Source of the DNA: Octopus bimaculoides
Lineage: Eukaryota
Direction: 5' to 3'
Assembly: GCF_001194135.2 (NCBI RefSeq)
Contig: NC_068981.1
Span: 189,057,590 to 189,103,055, forward strand
DNA length: 45,466 bases
Part shown: positions 23,964 through 36,524 of the stretch, in pieces
Layout of the letters: every line of letters begins with the position of its first letter
How positions within the stretch are numbered: position 1 is the first letter of the stretch
Translations under genes and position numbers: made by a program
The notes under the pieces: model-generated
Database searches by the model: none
What the model saw: only the letters and a program-made list of their open reading frames with translations
What the model was told of the DNA's origin: nothing

Positions 23964-24183
23964 CCCTTTCACTACTGTATTTATTTTGAGATGCTCTGTT
24001 TTTCTCTCAATTACTTTAATTATAACAAAGAATTTAGTAAAATAACTTAGTTATCATTAAGGTAGTGTTAGGAGCATTAATTGTGACTAAGACTTGGTGG
24101 AAGATTTTAATTCAAAACTATGAAAACAAGACATATGTAATACAGAGCCAGAGCTGGTTTCAGCCAGGTTGGTAATGAAAGGG
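23964..24183. mobile_element. piggyBac-like MITE (220 bp)
   Basis: TTAA at 23960-23963 and 24184-24187. TIRs CCCTTTCACTAC and GTAATGAAAGGG (11/12). Confidence 0.8.
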
Positions 24184-24867
24184 TTAATGTAATTATTTGT
24201 GGTTAAGAGCCAACAACACTTGAGCATCTTTAACCAAAAACTAGTTGTGTATCCCTGGCTGTTGGTGGTGGCTCTGTACGCTTAACCTATTATGCATCAA
24301 CCACTGCTCTATGTTTCTTATTGAAATCCAGTATCTCAATATAATATGATCTTATGGATATATTTTCTTAATATCAACATAAGGATGGACAGATAATTTT
24401 ACATCATAATTCAAAAGGATTTCACTCTATATATTAAGTTTCATATAACAGATAATGTTTGTTTGGAAAGATCAATAAAAGATATATGTTCAATGTACAT
24501 TATTGCCAATGGCAGTTATGTGTCGAGTTTCACCAACAGATTATGCTCAACTAACTGTAAACAGCTGTTCCTACTCTATTTCCTGGTTGGAAATCAGAAT
24601 TTTTTCCTTACTACATCATGATAAAAGGTCAGTATTTACAGTTAATAAAGATATTATTTGAAAGTGCTAATCTTCCAATGATTTCACCTGAAATACTAAG
24701 TATGCCACATTTCCCCAAATCTCTACATTGAATTCTATTACAGTAAATCAGTTTCTGGAGGCTCTTCAAATACTTTTTCATAGCAAATTGCATAAGTTTA
24801 TCACCTATTTCTCCTAGTACTCTATGCATAATATTAGACCAAAAATGCTCACATCAGCCACTACTTT

Positions 24868-25075
24868 CATCATCATTATTTAATGTGTGGCTTCAATACT
24901 AGCATAGGTTGGATGGCTTGACAGGATCTGATGAGTTGGAGGATTGTGCCATACTCTAATGTCTATTTTGGCATGATTTCTATGGTTGGATGCCCTTCCA
25001 GATGCAAACCAATTTACAGAGAGTGCTGGGTAGGAATTTTTTTCTCTCCAGTCATGAGTGCTAACATGGATCATC
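24868..25075 (-). mobile_element. RTE tail copy
   Basis: catcatcattatttaatg...gcataggttggatggcttgacagg...ggcatgatttctatggttggatgcccttcc. Confidence 0.75.
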
Positions 25076-25423
25076 TTGTAATTTGCTACACTAAATGTCT
25101 AAAGTGGGTCTTACAACTTAGGTAGAATAAAAGAGTGTTCAATGATGCATGGTAAGGGATAAGAGGAAAGAATGGGAGATGATGGTAGGTATGGTAGAAT
25201 ATGAGATGGAACAAGGAAGAGGGAAGGGATTGGTGCCAGAGGTTATTAAAAAAAAAAAGGGGCAGAGTTGGAAGGTTATATGGGGGGGGGGGGTTGTGCA
25301 AGGGGAAAGTCTTGGATGATCCAATATTATAAAGTGGTGAGTATGGACTAATGTGAGGGAAAGGGGACAGGAAGGAAGCAATAGACTGAAGTGGATGCAC
25401 TTTATAATTTACACGACTAACAA

Positions 25424-25628
25424 TGTCATCATCATTTTGTGTTCACTTTCTCATGCTGATATAGGTTGACTGTGTCAACATCATTTTGTGTTCACTTTCC
25501 CATGGTGACATAGGCTGACTGTGTCATCATCATCTTGTGTTCATTTTCTCATGCTGACATAGACTGATTGTGTCATCATCATTTTGTGTTCACTTTCTCA
25601 TGCTGACATAGGCTGATTGTGTCATCAT
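25424..25628. repeat. 49-bp minisatellite, about 4.2 copies
   Basis: Unit tgtcatcatcattttgtgttcactttctcatgctgacataggctgactg starts at 25424, 25473, 25522, 25571 and 25620 (partial). Confidence 0.95.
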
Positions 25629-26334
25629 TATCTAAATCTATTTTTATGTGGAATCACTGCCCTCCTTGGCAGGTATCACATCTTGCTTGTATGTTCCATT
25701 TTTCTGCACGGTTCCTATGGTTAAATCACCTTCCTAATACCAACCAAAAATGCATTCAGCATACCATAACGTCCTCTGAGTGCATGTAATTATGGCTTGT
25801 ACAAGACAGGTTGCTTTAGTCTCTGGCAAGACTAAAGATTCCTCTCTAATGTCTGCTCATCCAAGAAAATATGACACTGGAAGAGAGACACTAGAAGGGG
25901 AGAAGCAGAGCAATAAAAGTAAGCAAATGATAGAAGAAAGGATAGCAACATGCTGGCTGTTAGTAAAGAAGATTGAACAGATAACAATATCAGTGGTGTG
26001 GTGGGGAAAAGAGAGTGATACAATGTGGGGAGGGGACATTGAAAGAGGGTTCCCTCGGCAACAGATAGATATGTGTGTGTGTGAGAGAGAGAGAGAGAGA
26101 AGAGTAGCGATAAGGTGATAGAAAGAGTGATTGGATACAGGAAGGTCCTAGATTATCCTTTGTTACATGGGTGGCATAACAAGAGGATGAGAGTAATAGT
26201 AAGGAAGCACGTAAATAGAAGTGAAGGTGGGTGCTGGATGAAAAAGTAATTGAATGGAGATCTGTAGATAGAGATTTAGTCTGAACATAATGCTGAACAA
26301 AATGGAAGACACTCAAATGTAATAACCAAACATC

Positions 26335-27230
26335 CCAACTTCCATCGCTGACACCATTTTCCCTTGCTTATTTGGGCTGGGCAAGTTTTCTCAAGCACAG
26401 AATTTCACCACTTGTCACAGTCCTACATCATATTTATGAGGTTCAGTGTAACGAGATCAATCTTCGCAATCTCATCTTCTTTACTTTCATCTTCCACAGG
26501 TTACATCCACTTTCAATACTCAGAATGTCTTTACACCTAACATCCTCCATGTATATCACGTACATACTAGAGCAGTCTTCCCTATAGCATATTAGATATA
26601 ATCCCTCTTGAATCTAGCTTTTTCTCTCTGTTTATTTGCACTCCAATAGTCATGAAGTTTGCACATCCAATACTGCAAACAGCATGGCTGATCCAATAAA
26701 ATACGCTTGTCTTATTTCTTTTCCAATGTTCACAAATGCCTTACGTTCAAGCCCCACATCTCAGTTATGTAGCATCACCCTTTAGACCAGTGTTTCTCAA
26801 CCCTTTATTCCTATGGACCCCACTGATTCCTATTTTACTGAAGAGGACCCTCAGTCTTTTGATGTCTGAACACTCCTGTTATATTTTTATGATTAAATAT
26901 TGTTAGGAATTAAATTGTTAAAATATTTTGTGTATTGTAGCAGTATAACCAGTTTATTGCACATAAATTTTAATGATAAAATCTTATATGGTCCCCCAAG
27001 GGTCATATCAACACTAGTTTAGAACCATTGCTTTAGACAGAAATATAGAAAAAAAATATTGCCCTTCACACCCAGAAAAAAAACTCTCCAAAGTAACAGC
27101 TTCCTGAAATATTTCCAACCTGATCTTATTTTGGCAAGTATACATTTGAAAAGAGCTTCTTTCACTATTAAGTCATCTAGACAAGAAAAACTATCAACTA
27201 CTTCTAAGAACCTTCCAGGCATTTGAAAAA
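26335..27230 (-). mobile_element. old RTE LINE 3' portion, split by a hAT MITE
   Basis: Minus strand LEVVDSFSCLDDLI...AKIRSGWKYFRKLL...GVKG (typical EVVDSFCYLGD.I...RIRSGW.KFR.LL), continuing past the MITE into VMLH..E.W.L and ending near KW*NSVLEKTCPAQ. Confidence 0.8.
26788..27030. mobile_element. hAT-superfamily MITE (243 bp)
   Basis: Imperfect TIRs CAGTGTTTCTCAAC and GTTTAGAACCATTG. Perfect 8-bp TSD CTTTAGAC at 26780-26787 and 27031-27038. Confidence 0.9.
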
Positions 27231-30196
27231 ATCTATTTCACACATATTCTTACTGTGAACTTATCCTGTCTGTTTGCAACATACATAAACTACCTTCTCA
27301 GTCAGTTACAATCCAACAAACACATTTATCTCACAAGACTTTTGTCTAATTGGAGCTATTGTACAAGACATGTCTCAGGTGGTTGTATATTGGAATTGAA
27401 CACAAATACCATGTCATTACAAAGCAATCTTCCTGTGCCATAATGTTAAGCAGCAAATTAATTTAGTTTTAGAGAGATATTATAGATTTGCATGACATCA
27501 ACAAGTATTAATAATTTCTATTTCCTACACAATAAACTTCACATTTTGAGTTTTTTTGTATTTGTCACTAAATTCCATTCAATGTAATCTCAAGTTGTCA
27601 TAATGTAACCAGTTCTTACATACACTCATACACATAACACACATTTCCTTAATTGCCTTTGAACTCAGAACCTTTGTTTCTTAATACATGGCTTCTCAGG
27701 TTTGGACTAATGAGGCTAGGGTTCCTGATGACAATTAGAAATTAATGTGATGAAAATATTAAAAAGAAAATTCAAATGACAAGATTAATTCCCTAGAAAA
27801 TTGAAAATATTATCACAATAATTTGTGTTAAAAGATTACACATGGAATTGACAAGCTTTCCTAATATGGGGTGGGGTGGGTGGAGAGAATACAAAATAAT
27901 AATATACTGTTTTACAGAGATGAAGAGCTTTATTAAATTATGTTTATAATCATCATTGTCTTTCCATCATGTTAAAACCAAATTGTTTTCATTCTGTGCA
28001 TAATGTCACATGATTTGGATATTTAAAATAAACTCATCATTCTGAAACAAGACTCTTACTAGAAGTTTGGTTTTTCACAAAACAGCATTATATACAACAG
28101 CAACAACAAAAAAAGAAAAGAAAAAGAAAACAGTACACATCACACCATCGAAAGCTGCATGCAAACCACATCCACAGACCATCTACATAATAAAACAATG
28201 AAATGATACTTGAATATGAAACACAACCTACAACAAGCAGTTTACTGCAGCAACAAATTTCAGCTGTCACAGTCCAGGCTGCCATAATATGCATAATTAC
28301 AGCTGCAACCAGACATGTACAACTTCCACCATAATCCCAGGAACAACACTATTTTTTACATGCAATCCTAACAAACAAAACACAAAGACATACACAAAAT
28401 AATAACAAGGGCTTCATGTGAAATCTCTTTAGCCATAAAGGAATATATGTATTCCTTAAAGGAATATACATGGTATTATATCCTTAAAATGTTGAATTGA
28501 TATAATGCCCACTTTAATAAAACCAGTAAAGACAACTATCCCTGATTTCTTTTATTTAGGCACATGGCCTTTATAAAGAGGGGACACCACAAGGATAGAC
28601 AAAACAAGACAATGGGGTACATATAAATATATATCAGATGATTTATGAATATGATGAAAATGAGGATGAAATGACTTACTTGGCCACCAAAACAAGTAGT
28701 TTCATTTTACTGTTTTTTTTAAAATTACAGTTTCACTTTACAGTTGTGTATCTTTTCCTTAACACAAAATTACAACAAATGCTGCATTATATCATCAAAA
28801 ATTACAACAGCTGGCAGCTCGTCGTATCTATACTGAAATGGTGTTATTTCAACTCTTTTTTTCCCAAATAGTTCTACTAACCACTCAACTTTCTCAACTT
28901 TTTTATTTCCCATTATTCTGAGGCTTCATTCACACACATCAGATCTACTTTCTGAGACAAACTAATTTCTCATTCAATTTAACATCACATTGGTCATCTT
29001 TGGTGGAGTCCATTCTGTTGCCAAAATTATGACAAAGTTCCCAGTGTGAGAATAGTCCATGAATTAGGTCTTTTGTTTTCTGCCTTCATTCTGCCCACCA
29101 GTCTTGAAGTCCCTGCCAAAGAGCCAAGGTTACAGCCTTTGCCCTTCTGACAACACCATGAAACAAAATTAGATATGCTCTTAATGTTATATACCATATT
29201 TATACATATGGCATATTCATACATGAAATTTTGAAAATATTTCAATGAAGAAACTATATTTGTTGAAGAAACAAAGTTTGATGATTCAAAACTATGATAA
29301 AAGTTAACCAATATTCTGCAGACATAGATAGACACAAACACATACACATATATAATAGTTTCCAGTCAAATAATAACTAAGGCTGAAAGCCAATGAAGTA
29401 CAGTTCTTTATCTAGTAAATTGCTTCCCTATTGTTAATATATCTACTTCAGATTTGACATTTCAAATCTATTTTGAAACACATAATCATATAAACATGAT
29501 AAAAATGAGAATCAGAACCAAACAGACATAATAAACTAGAGATAAACACTGTCAAACTGAAATGAAAAGTTCATTTATTTCTTGTAGCCATCTTATTGGA
29601 AATTAAGAGATATTTCTCTTACAAATAGAGAGGTGTATGTACACTGTGTATAAACACGCATTTGACACAATGAAATATATTCTGCTGCTGATGGTCTCTT
29701 ATAATAAATACTAAGGAAAGATTGGACTTTTCACTCAGTCTTATGTCAACTCAAATATACATCAAAAGAAAAGACTATGGCACTTAGATAGGCTAACATT
29801 GCTGTAACAACATGCTGTGCCAATCAGCATGAAGACAGAAAATATATTTCTAATGCGGATTAGTGGAGACTGACATACACATACATACTGAATAAGTGTA
29901 TATTGAAACACTATCATTCATTTTCTAATTTCTGCTTATACCAGCTATTGCTGTTTAGCTCAAGATAAGTCTGGATCAAACAGACTTATGCAATTCTAAC
30001 ATGACCATCCAGTCTGGGATTTTTGTTTCTAGGAACTATGTTTTCGATGTATCCTTCCCTTTTGTCTTTTTTTATCTTCCTTTTTAGTAATGATTTGAAA
30101 GAGATTTTGCTATTATTTCTACCATGTCAAGTGACAATTTAGAGAGATCTTTTGCTGGCTCTTATACAATGCTTCTTTTTTAGCTTGAAGCTGTTT

Positions 30197-30339
30197 AAGG
30201 GCATCCAGCTGTAGAAACTCTGCCAGATCAGATTGGAGCCTGGTGTAGCCATCTGGTTCACCAGTCCTCAGTCAAATCATCCAACCCATGCTAGCATGGA
30301 AAGCGGACGTTAAACAATGATGATGATGATGATGATGAT
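30197..30339 (+). mobile_element. young RTE 3' tail copy with (GAT)n
   Basis: aagggcatccagctgtagaaactctgccagatcagattggagcctgg...gctagcatggaaagcggacgttaaacaat(gat)n; CpGs are retained. Confidence 0.9.
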
Positions 30340-30979
30340 TTCTTGGTTCACTAAATGGTAAGGTTAGTACCAACCTTACCATTTGGTTTTCATGAAGAAG
30401 AATGTCTTCCTGGATATTTCTCTTGTGGATTTTTATTTTCAGTGATAGGGGATTCAGTTGTTCAATGTACTGAATAATCTGCTCTTGTTAATGCTTGAGC
30501 ATTCTATAAGTATGTTTCCAAGAATCAGCTTTACACAGTGTGACTCCTGAATTACAGATACAATCCAACTGATAGAAGCAACAGAGCTTCTATCTGCCCG
30601 GCTCAACAAGATGCTCCAACAAATAACAACATTTCCTAAATGTGCCAAGGAATCACCCCAGGATGTTGTAATTATAAAGCAACCAATCAGTTATATACCA
30701 CTTATATGATTCTTATATTCAGCTCACTCAGTTATCACACCACTCAGTATTTGTTCATTAAAAAAAAAATAAATAAATTCTGTTTTCCATTCTAGACATA
30801 ATTATCAGTAAAATTGGTAAACACTATATTTCACTGAAGGTATCCAATATGACCAAAACTTACTCAGAGTTGTCACCTTACAACTTAAATTAGATTCACT
30901 CACCAACATATATTTTTTTTTTTTAGTTTTAATTTTGGAGTTGTCTCACTTGCTTTTCTTACTCAGAAAAATTCATTAA

Positions 30980-31174
30980 CCTTTTTGTGGCTGTTTCTAA
31001 TGAAATAAATTATCAATGCTTTGAATTTAATTTTGGAAATAAGCAAGAATTTAGAGGAATTTAGCAAAATAACTAACAGTGTCACAAGTAATTCAGTGTT
31101 TGGAGTATAGCAAGAGAAACCTATTCCAAAACACTAGGTTTTGTTTTATAGAAATAAGGATGGTTTCAGGTGGG
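30980..31174. mobile_element. possible older TTAA MITE related to 23964-24183
   Basis: TTAA at 30976-30979 and 31175-31178. Shares internal aagaatttag...aaaataact and ggtttcag with the 23964 element. TIRs are decayed. Confidence 0.45.
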
Positions 31175-32086
31175 TTAACCTAATGATTCTCTCTTGCTAT
31201 AACCAATGTAATTTTGATTAATTAATGTCTCGCTACATGAAGTACAGTAGTACCAACTCACTTCTTGCAGATTGTTATAGTGTTATAACATTAAGTTGAT
31301 AACAATGTAATTACAAATATATTACATTAACACATTCAAAACAAGCATGGAAATTAATGAAAAGGTCTTGTATAAAGAGCATCTCAAATATATCTGTCTT
31401 TGCTCAATCTGGAATGTTTAAATTATAAACTATGCTAATGGTTTCCCATTCATAACATTAACAGATTTTGTAATGAACACACAGAAACCTTAGAAACAGC
31501 TGTTGCTTAGTTAGTTCTGCTTCAGAAATCTTACAGCATGAAGATAAGCTAGCACCTGGTGTTTGTTAAACAAATCTACTCAGCAACCATGCTCCATGTT
31601 CTCCCCGCTCCATCCAATATTTAGTTGTTTGTATCACAGTTTTGGCTCCAACAAATATGGCTGCTACGTTCTACTCATGAATGACAAAAATATTGACATG
31701 CTAGTAATCGTTGAGAAGTCATTAATATATGAAACCATGGTGCTAATAGCAACTGTGACTGATCATGTGAACTCCATTTTTACATGTGGCAGTTAATGCT
31801 ACTGGATTCAGAATGAGATGAATGCACAAACTAAGTTTAGACCTAAGAGGTTATTGATACGGCAGTTATTTTGATGGGTATATGAGCTTGTGTTTCTTCA
31901 AACTGATTATGAGCAATTAAAAACACATTCTCCATGTTGTGTTTTCAATAAAGAAAAGAAGTAAGCCTTATTAGAATGCTGAATGTAATAGAACGGAATC
32001 CTATTAAAGAAAATATTCCAGCATCAACTACTAAGAAATAGCCTTATGAATTACTGGCTCATAGAAATTACAATAATTATTACTAA

Positions 32087-32302
32087 GGCAGCGAGCTGGC
32101 AGAATCGTTAGCATGCCGGGTGAAATGCTTAGCAGTATTTTGTCTGTCTTTACATTCTGAGTTCAAATTCCACCAAGGTCGACTTTGCCTTACATCCTTT
32201 CAGGGTTGATAAATTAAGTACCAGTTGCATACTGAGATTGATCTAATTGACTGGCCCTTTCCCCGCCAAAAAATTTCAGGCCTTGTGCTAAGAGTAGAAA
32301 AG
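32087..32302 (+). mobile_element. SINE family B, full length, with probable 15-bp TSD
   Basis: A-box-like TGGCAGAATCG and B-box-like GAGTTCAAATTCC. Flanked by AATAATTATTACTAA (32072-32086) and AATAATTATCACTAA (32303-32317). Two more family B fragments follow at about 32325-32445 and 32460-32585. Confidence 0.88.
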
Positions 32303-33109
32303 AATAATTATCACTAATATTACTGCCTCTGGGGTCAACTTTGCCTTCATCTTTTTGAGGTCAATGAAATAAAATATCAGTTGAGCATTGGGGTCAATGT
32401 AATCAACTAGAACCCTCCCCCAAATTTTCAGGCCTTGTACCTAAATAAATTCTTATTATTAAGGGCAGTGGATTAGCAGAAATGGATCAACAGCCAAATA
32501 CCGTGTAATTATGTCCTTTTACATTCTGAGTTCAAATCCAGTCAAAATTGACTTTACCTTTTATCTTTCAAGGATTAATAAAATATCCAAGGCTGACTAA
32601 ATCACTTATTTGTATGTTTTATTTCAGTGTCAGAGATCATTATTCATAAGATTTGAACTCATAAGTATTCAGCTGCAAAATAAACATCTTAATTTCATAG
32701 TTATTCTTTTTCTTCAGCATGCTAAGCAATTCAAATCTATTTTTGTTTATAATTTTTAAAGCATATTTAGAGACTATATGATTTCAGAGTTGTAGACCAT
32801 TTTTCAAACAGTAATGCCTTTGGAGTACATTTTAAAATATTATCTCTTACAAAACAACTAATTATTAAAAGCTTCTTTCAAATCTGAAACAGAACACTTC
32901 TGCAATCTTATACAAATTAAATGTATGTCTAAATTAATTAATTGTAACATATTAAAGCACAAGGAGAAGGAAAGATCTATTGTTTCATAGCCAAGATAGC
33001 CTGAGAATATGAAAATAAAACCACTAGAAACTTTTTAAAAGAGGAAATTAATTATGAAGATGTATAAAACTGATTGCTAAAGAACAAATTATTTTTTAAT
33101 CTGATTTTT

Positions 33110-33430
33110 TTTTTTTGTTCTATAAGGCAGTTGGAGTAGATTAATGTTGATAAGTGATGTCGATATAGATATTTAACTTGAAGATCACTAAGTTGGTATC
33201 TTTAAGAAAAACTATGGTAAGGAGACAGAACTGGTGGTAATTCTGCGGCAATAGAATTGGGGGATGTGTTTAGTGTTGGTCTAGGAGGAGAGACACAGTA
33301 ATTGTGTTGAGTAAAGATTGATGGGTGAGACAAATAGACTGCTAAATATCTTCTCAATCCAGATCTAAAGAGAAAAGAAACATAGCATCTGAGCTAATAA
33401 CTAAAGTCTGCTGGTGATTGACTCTTTGGT
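33110..33430 (-). mobile_element. possible CR1-like LINE 3' end remnant
   Basis: Minus strand (caattactgtgtctctcctcctagacc...ccatagtttttc...gatcttcaagttaaatatc) resembles the CR1-type ORF end (YCVSLPRPRT...F...NL..FK.NI). Confidence 0.35.
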
Positions 33431-33680
33431 GAGCGAATAAATATTTATGAACTTCAAACTGATAGCCATTTAGATGAGAGAAAGACTGAAGGTGATAGAA
33501 TATAAGAGAATATGCTAAGTCCTTTCAAATATGCAAGAAACATAAGACAGAGCGAAGTAGCTATGTATCTAATTAGTACACTGATGGATAGATGTATGAC
33601 TAGAGGAATAGACAGACAGACAGGTACTTTTATGTAATTTTTAAAGAAATTACTTTTGAAACATAATTTACAATAGCTAT

Positions 33681-34073
33681 AGGCGCAGGAGTGGCTGTGT
33701 GGTAAGTAGCTTGCTTACCAACCACATGGTTCTGGGTTCAGTCCCACTACGTGGCACCTTGGGCAAGTGTCTTCTACTATAACCTCAGGCCGACCCAAGC
33801 CTTGTGAGTGGATTTGATAGATGGAAACTGAATGAAGCCCGTCGTATATGTATGTGTATATATGTTTGTGTGTCTGTGTTTGTCCCCCCACCATCGCTTG
33901 ACAACTGATGCTGGTGTGTTTACGTTCCCATAACTTAGTGGTTCAGCAAAACAGACCGATAGAATAAGTACTGGGCTTACAAAGAATAAGCTCTGGGGTC
34001 GATTTGCCCGACTAAAGGCGGTGCTCCAGCATGGCTGCAGTCAAATGATTGAAACAAATAAAGAAATAAAATA
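33681..34073 (+). mobile_element. SINE family A, full length, young
   Basis: aggcgcaggagtggctgtgtggtaagtagc...ggcggtgctccagcatggctgcagtcaaatgattgaaacaaataaa. Confidence 0.93.
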
Positions 34074-34584
34074 ATAGGCTCTCAGTTTAAAATGACATTT
34101 GATTTGGTATTGTACAGACATGTTCATGAAGAAATAAACAATATAATAGCAAGTGGTGATTGGTGTACGTAAACACTGGGTGCAGGCATGTGTGTTGTGG
34201 TTCAGACATTGCTTAACAACTACATGGTTTTAATTTTGACTCCATTGCATGCACTGTGTTGTTGCCTGAAGTCTTGGGAGAAATCTGTTTTATTCTTTGG
34301 TGGCAGATGTAATTCATCAGCCTGCTTAACACCTCTTGGCCCTCAGGTGCCTACAGTGGATTCACTGTTGCAAGCATTCAGGGTAGGTGTATGGATTAAG
34401 GATTACTTTCCACCTTCCTTTCATTATAATCTCAGTAGCCTTGAAAATTGTTATGTGCACAGCCTTCCCTCTTCTAACTCACTAGAAAAAACAAAATATT
34501 AACCTGAGAAAAATTAAGCAATGATAAAAGCTGACAGTTTTCTAATGTGCCACTGTCTAATATGATTACTCAAAGACAAGAATA

Positions 34585-34975
34585 TCAACATCATTCATTG
34601 TCCATACTGGCATGGGTTGGACGGTTCAACCAGAGCTAGGAAGCTACATCAAGTTCCAGTCTGTTTTGGCATGGTTTCTATGGCTGGATGCCCTGCCTAA
34701 CACCAACCACTCCGAGAGTGTAATGGGTGCTTTTACGTGCCACAGGCATGGGCTCCAGTTGCATGGCACCAGTATCTGCCAAAACTACATTTTCACTTGG
34801 CTTGACAGATTTTTTCAAGCAAGGCATATTGCCAAAAGTCTCTGTCTCCATGATGCTCAATGCTCAAAAAGGTGCTTTTCATGTGCCATTGGCATGGGTG
34901 GCAGTTACGTGACCCCAGCATCGGCCATGACTACGATTTCACTTAGCTTGACAGGTCTTTTCAAGCATGGCATAA
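34585..34975 (-). mobile_element. RTE 3'UTR/tail copy with internal repeats
   Basis: ccatactggcatgggttggacgg...gctggatgccctgcctaacaccaaccactccgagagtgtaatgggtgcttttacgtgcc...gatttcacttagcttgacaggtctt. Confidence 0.85.
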
Positions 34976-35294
34976 AATGAACACAAACATAAAACTTGTC
35001 AGTAACTGAAGACTGCAGATCAGAAACAAACTTGTGCCAATGATCCTGGAATCCACAAACCAGTTGACATGTGTGACAGAAGATGACATAAGGTATTTCT
35101 TCAGCATGTCCAAAGCAATATGAGTAACAACAGGTCCAACACCCGTCAGACCTAAAGAGAGCGATGGTGGAGGATCTCCATCATTTGACAGTAAGGATTT
35201 TGTGGCTCAATCAAATGAATCACCTGCTCTTGAATTAACATGTAAGTGGTTGAGCATTCCAGGTCTATACCCTTTATAAAACTGAGACAGAATC

Positions 35295-35570
35295 ATCATC
35301 ATAATCATCATCGTTTAATGTCCGCTTTCCATGCTAGCATGGGTTGGACAATTTGACTGAGGACTGATGGACCAGGTGGCTACACCAGGCTCCAATCTGA
35401 TTTGGCAGAGTTTCTACAGTTGGATGCCCTTCCTAATGCCAACCACTCCGAGAGTGTAGTGGGTGCTTTTACGTGCCACCAGTACGAAGGCCAGTCAGGC
35501 GGTACTAGCAATGGCCATGCTCGAAATGGTGTATTTTACGTTCCACCTTGCACAGAAGCCAGTCCAAACA
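35295..35570 (-). mobile_element. RTE 3'UTR/tail copy
   Basis: catcatcatcgtttaatgtccgctttccatgctagcatgggttggac...gtgggtgcttttacgtgccacc. Confidence 0.88.
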
Positions 35571-36110
35571 AAGCTATACTCTTTGAATTACAGCTGAAAG
35601 GCATTTATACAATTTCCATCTACTCAGTTTCACTCATAAAATAGATTGGTCAATCTGAGACTATAGGAAATGACAATTGCCTAAGATAACATGCAGTGGG
35701 ATCAAACCTGGATCTTTTTAGTTGCAAAGCAAACTTCTTAACCATTTGGCAATAATGCACATACATAAAGGCAGTATAAAACTCACAATGAAGAAAAATT
35801 GTCAACAACCATTGTAAAAATATTTCAAAGATTTCATTAATCATAATAGTACAGTAACTGAAAAATCTCTGGACAATATCACAAAGTCAATGATAAACAA
35901 CTTAGTCACAGGAAGCTTCTAAAACTTTCCATAAATCGACTGGTATCTCTTCTCATCACCAGAAAGTTTTTTTTGATTTTGTTGTTGCTTTGTTATCATT
36001 TAATCTCATGTAAATGTTAGGCCTTACTATCAGTGAGAATCCAATAACACTGTACTTATTCTATGTCCTCGCGCTGTTGCTTTTTCTTGCTTGTTCATGT
36101 TTGGATTGAT

Positions 36111-36114
<4 letters not shown>

Positions 36115-36163
<49 letters not shown>

Positions 36164-36380
36164 TTATTTGTGTGTCTATGTTTGTCCTCCCCTCCATCCC
36201 CTGACAACTGATGTTGGTGCGTTTACATCCCCGTAACTTAGTGGTTCAGCAAAAGAGGTTAATGGAATAAGTACTTGGCTTATAAAGAATAAGTTCTGGA
36301 GTCGATTTGCTTGACTAAAGGCGGTGCTCCAGCATGGCCACAGTCAAATGACTGAAACAAATAAAAGAATAAAGGAATAA
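36115..36380 (+). mobile_element. SINE family A 3' half beginning at its (TG)n tract
   Basis: (TG)n, then tttgtcctccc...ccccgtaacttagtggttcagc...ggcggtgctccagcatggccacagtcaaatgactgaaac. Confidence 0.85.
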
Positions 36381-36524
36381 ATACACAAATAGTTCTGCAG
36401 TTAACCGTTTTTTGATTATTTCACCAAGCATTACTTTCATCATGTAGAAAATCTGAGTAATCATAGAAAGCATGGACTTTTTAGATGAAAATAAAACTCT
36501 AGTATTTTAAAAAGCTAAAGAACA

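Noticed and set aside
25424-25628. CRISPR-like array
   Set aside because: The units are contiguous with no unique spacers, the context is eukaryotic, and there are no cas genes.
34975-35170. Minus-strand acceptor (ctctctttag|G) followed by two open frames
   Set aside because: It is embedded among repeat fragments, no family is recognised, and two frames being equally open suggests non-coding or repeat sequence.
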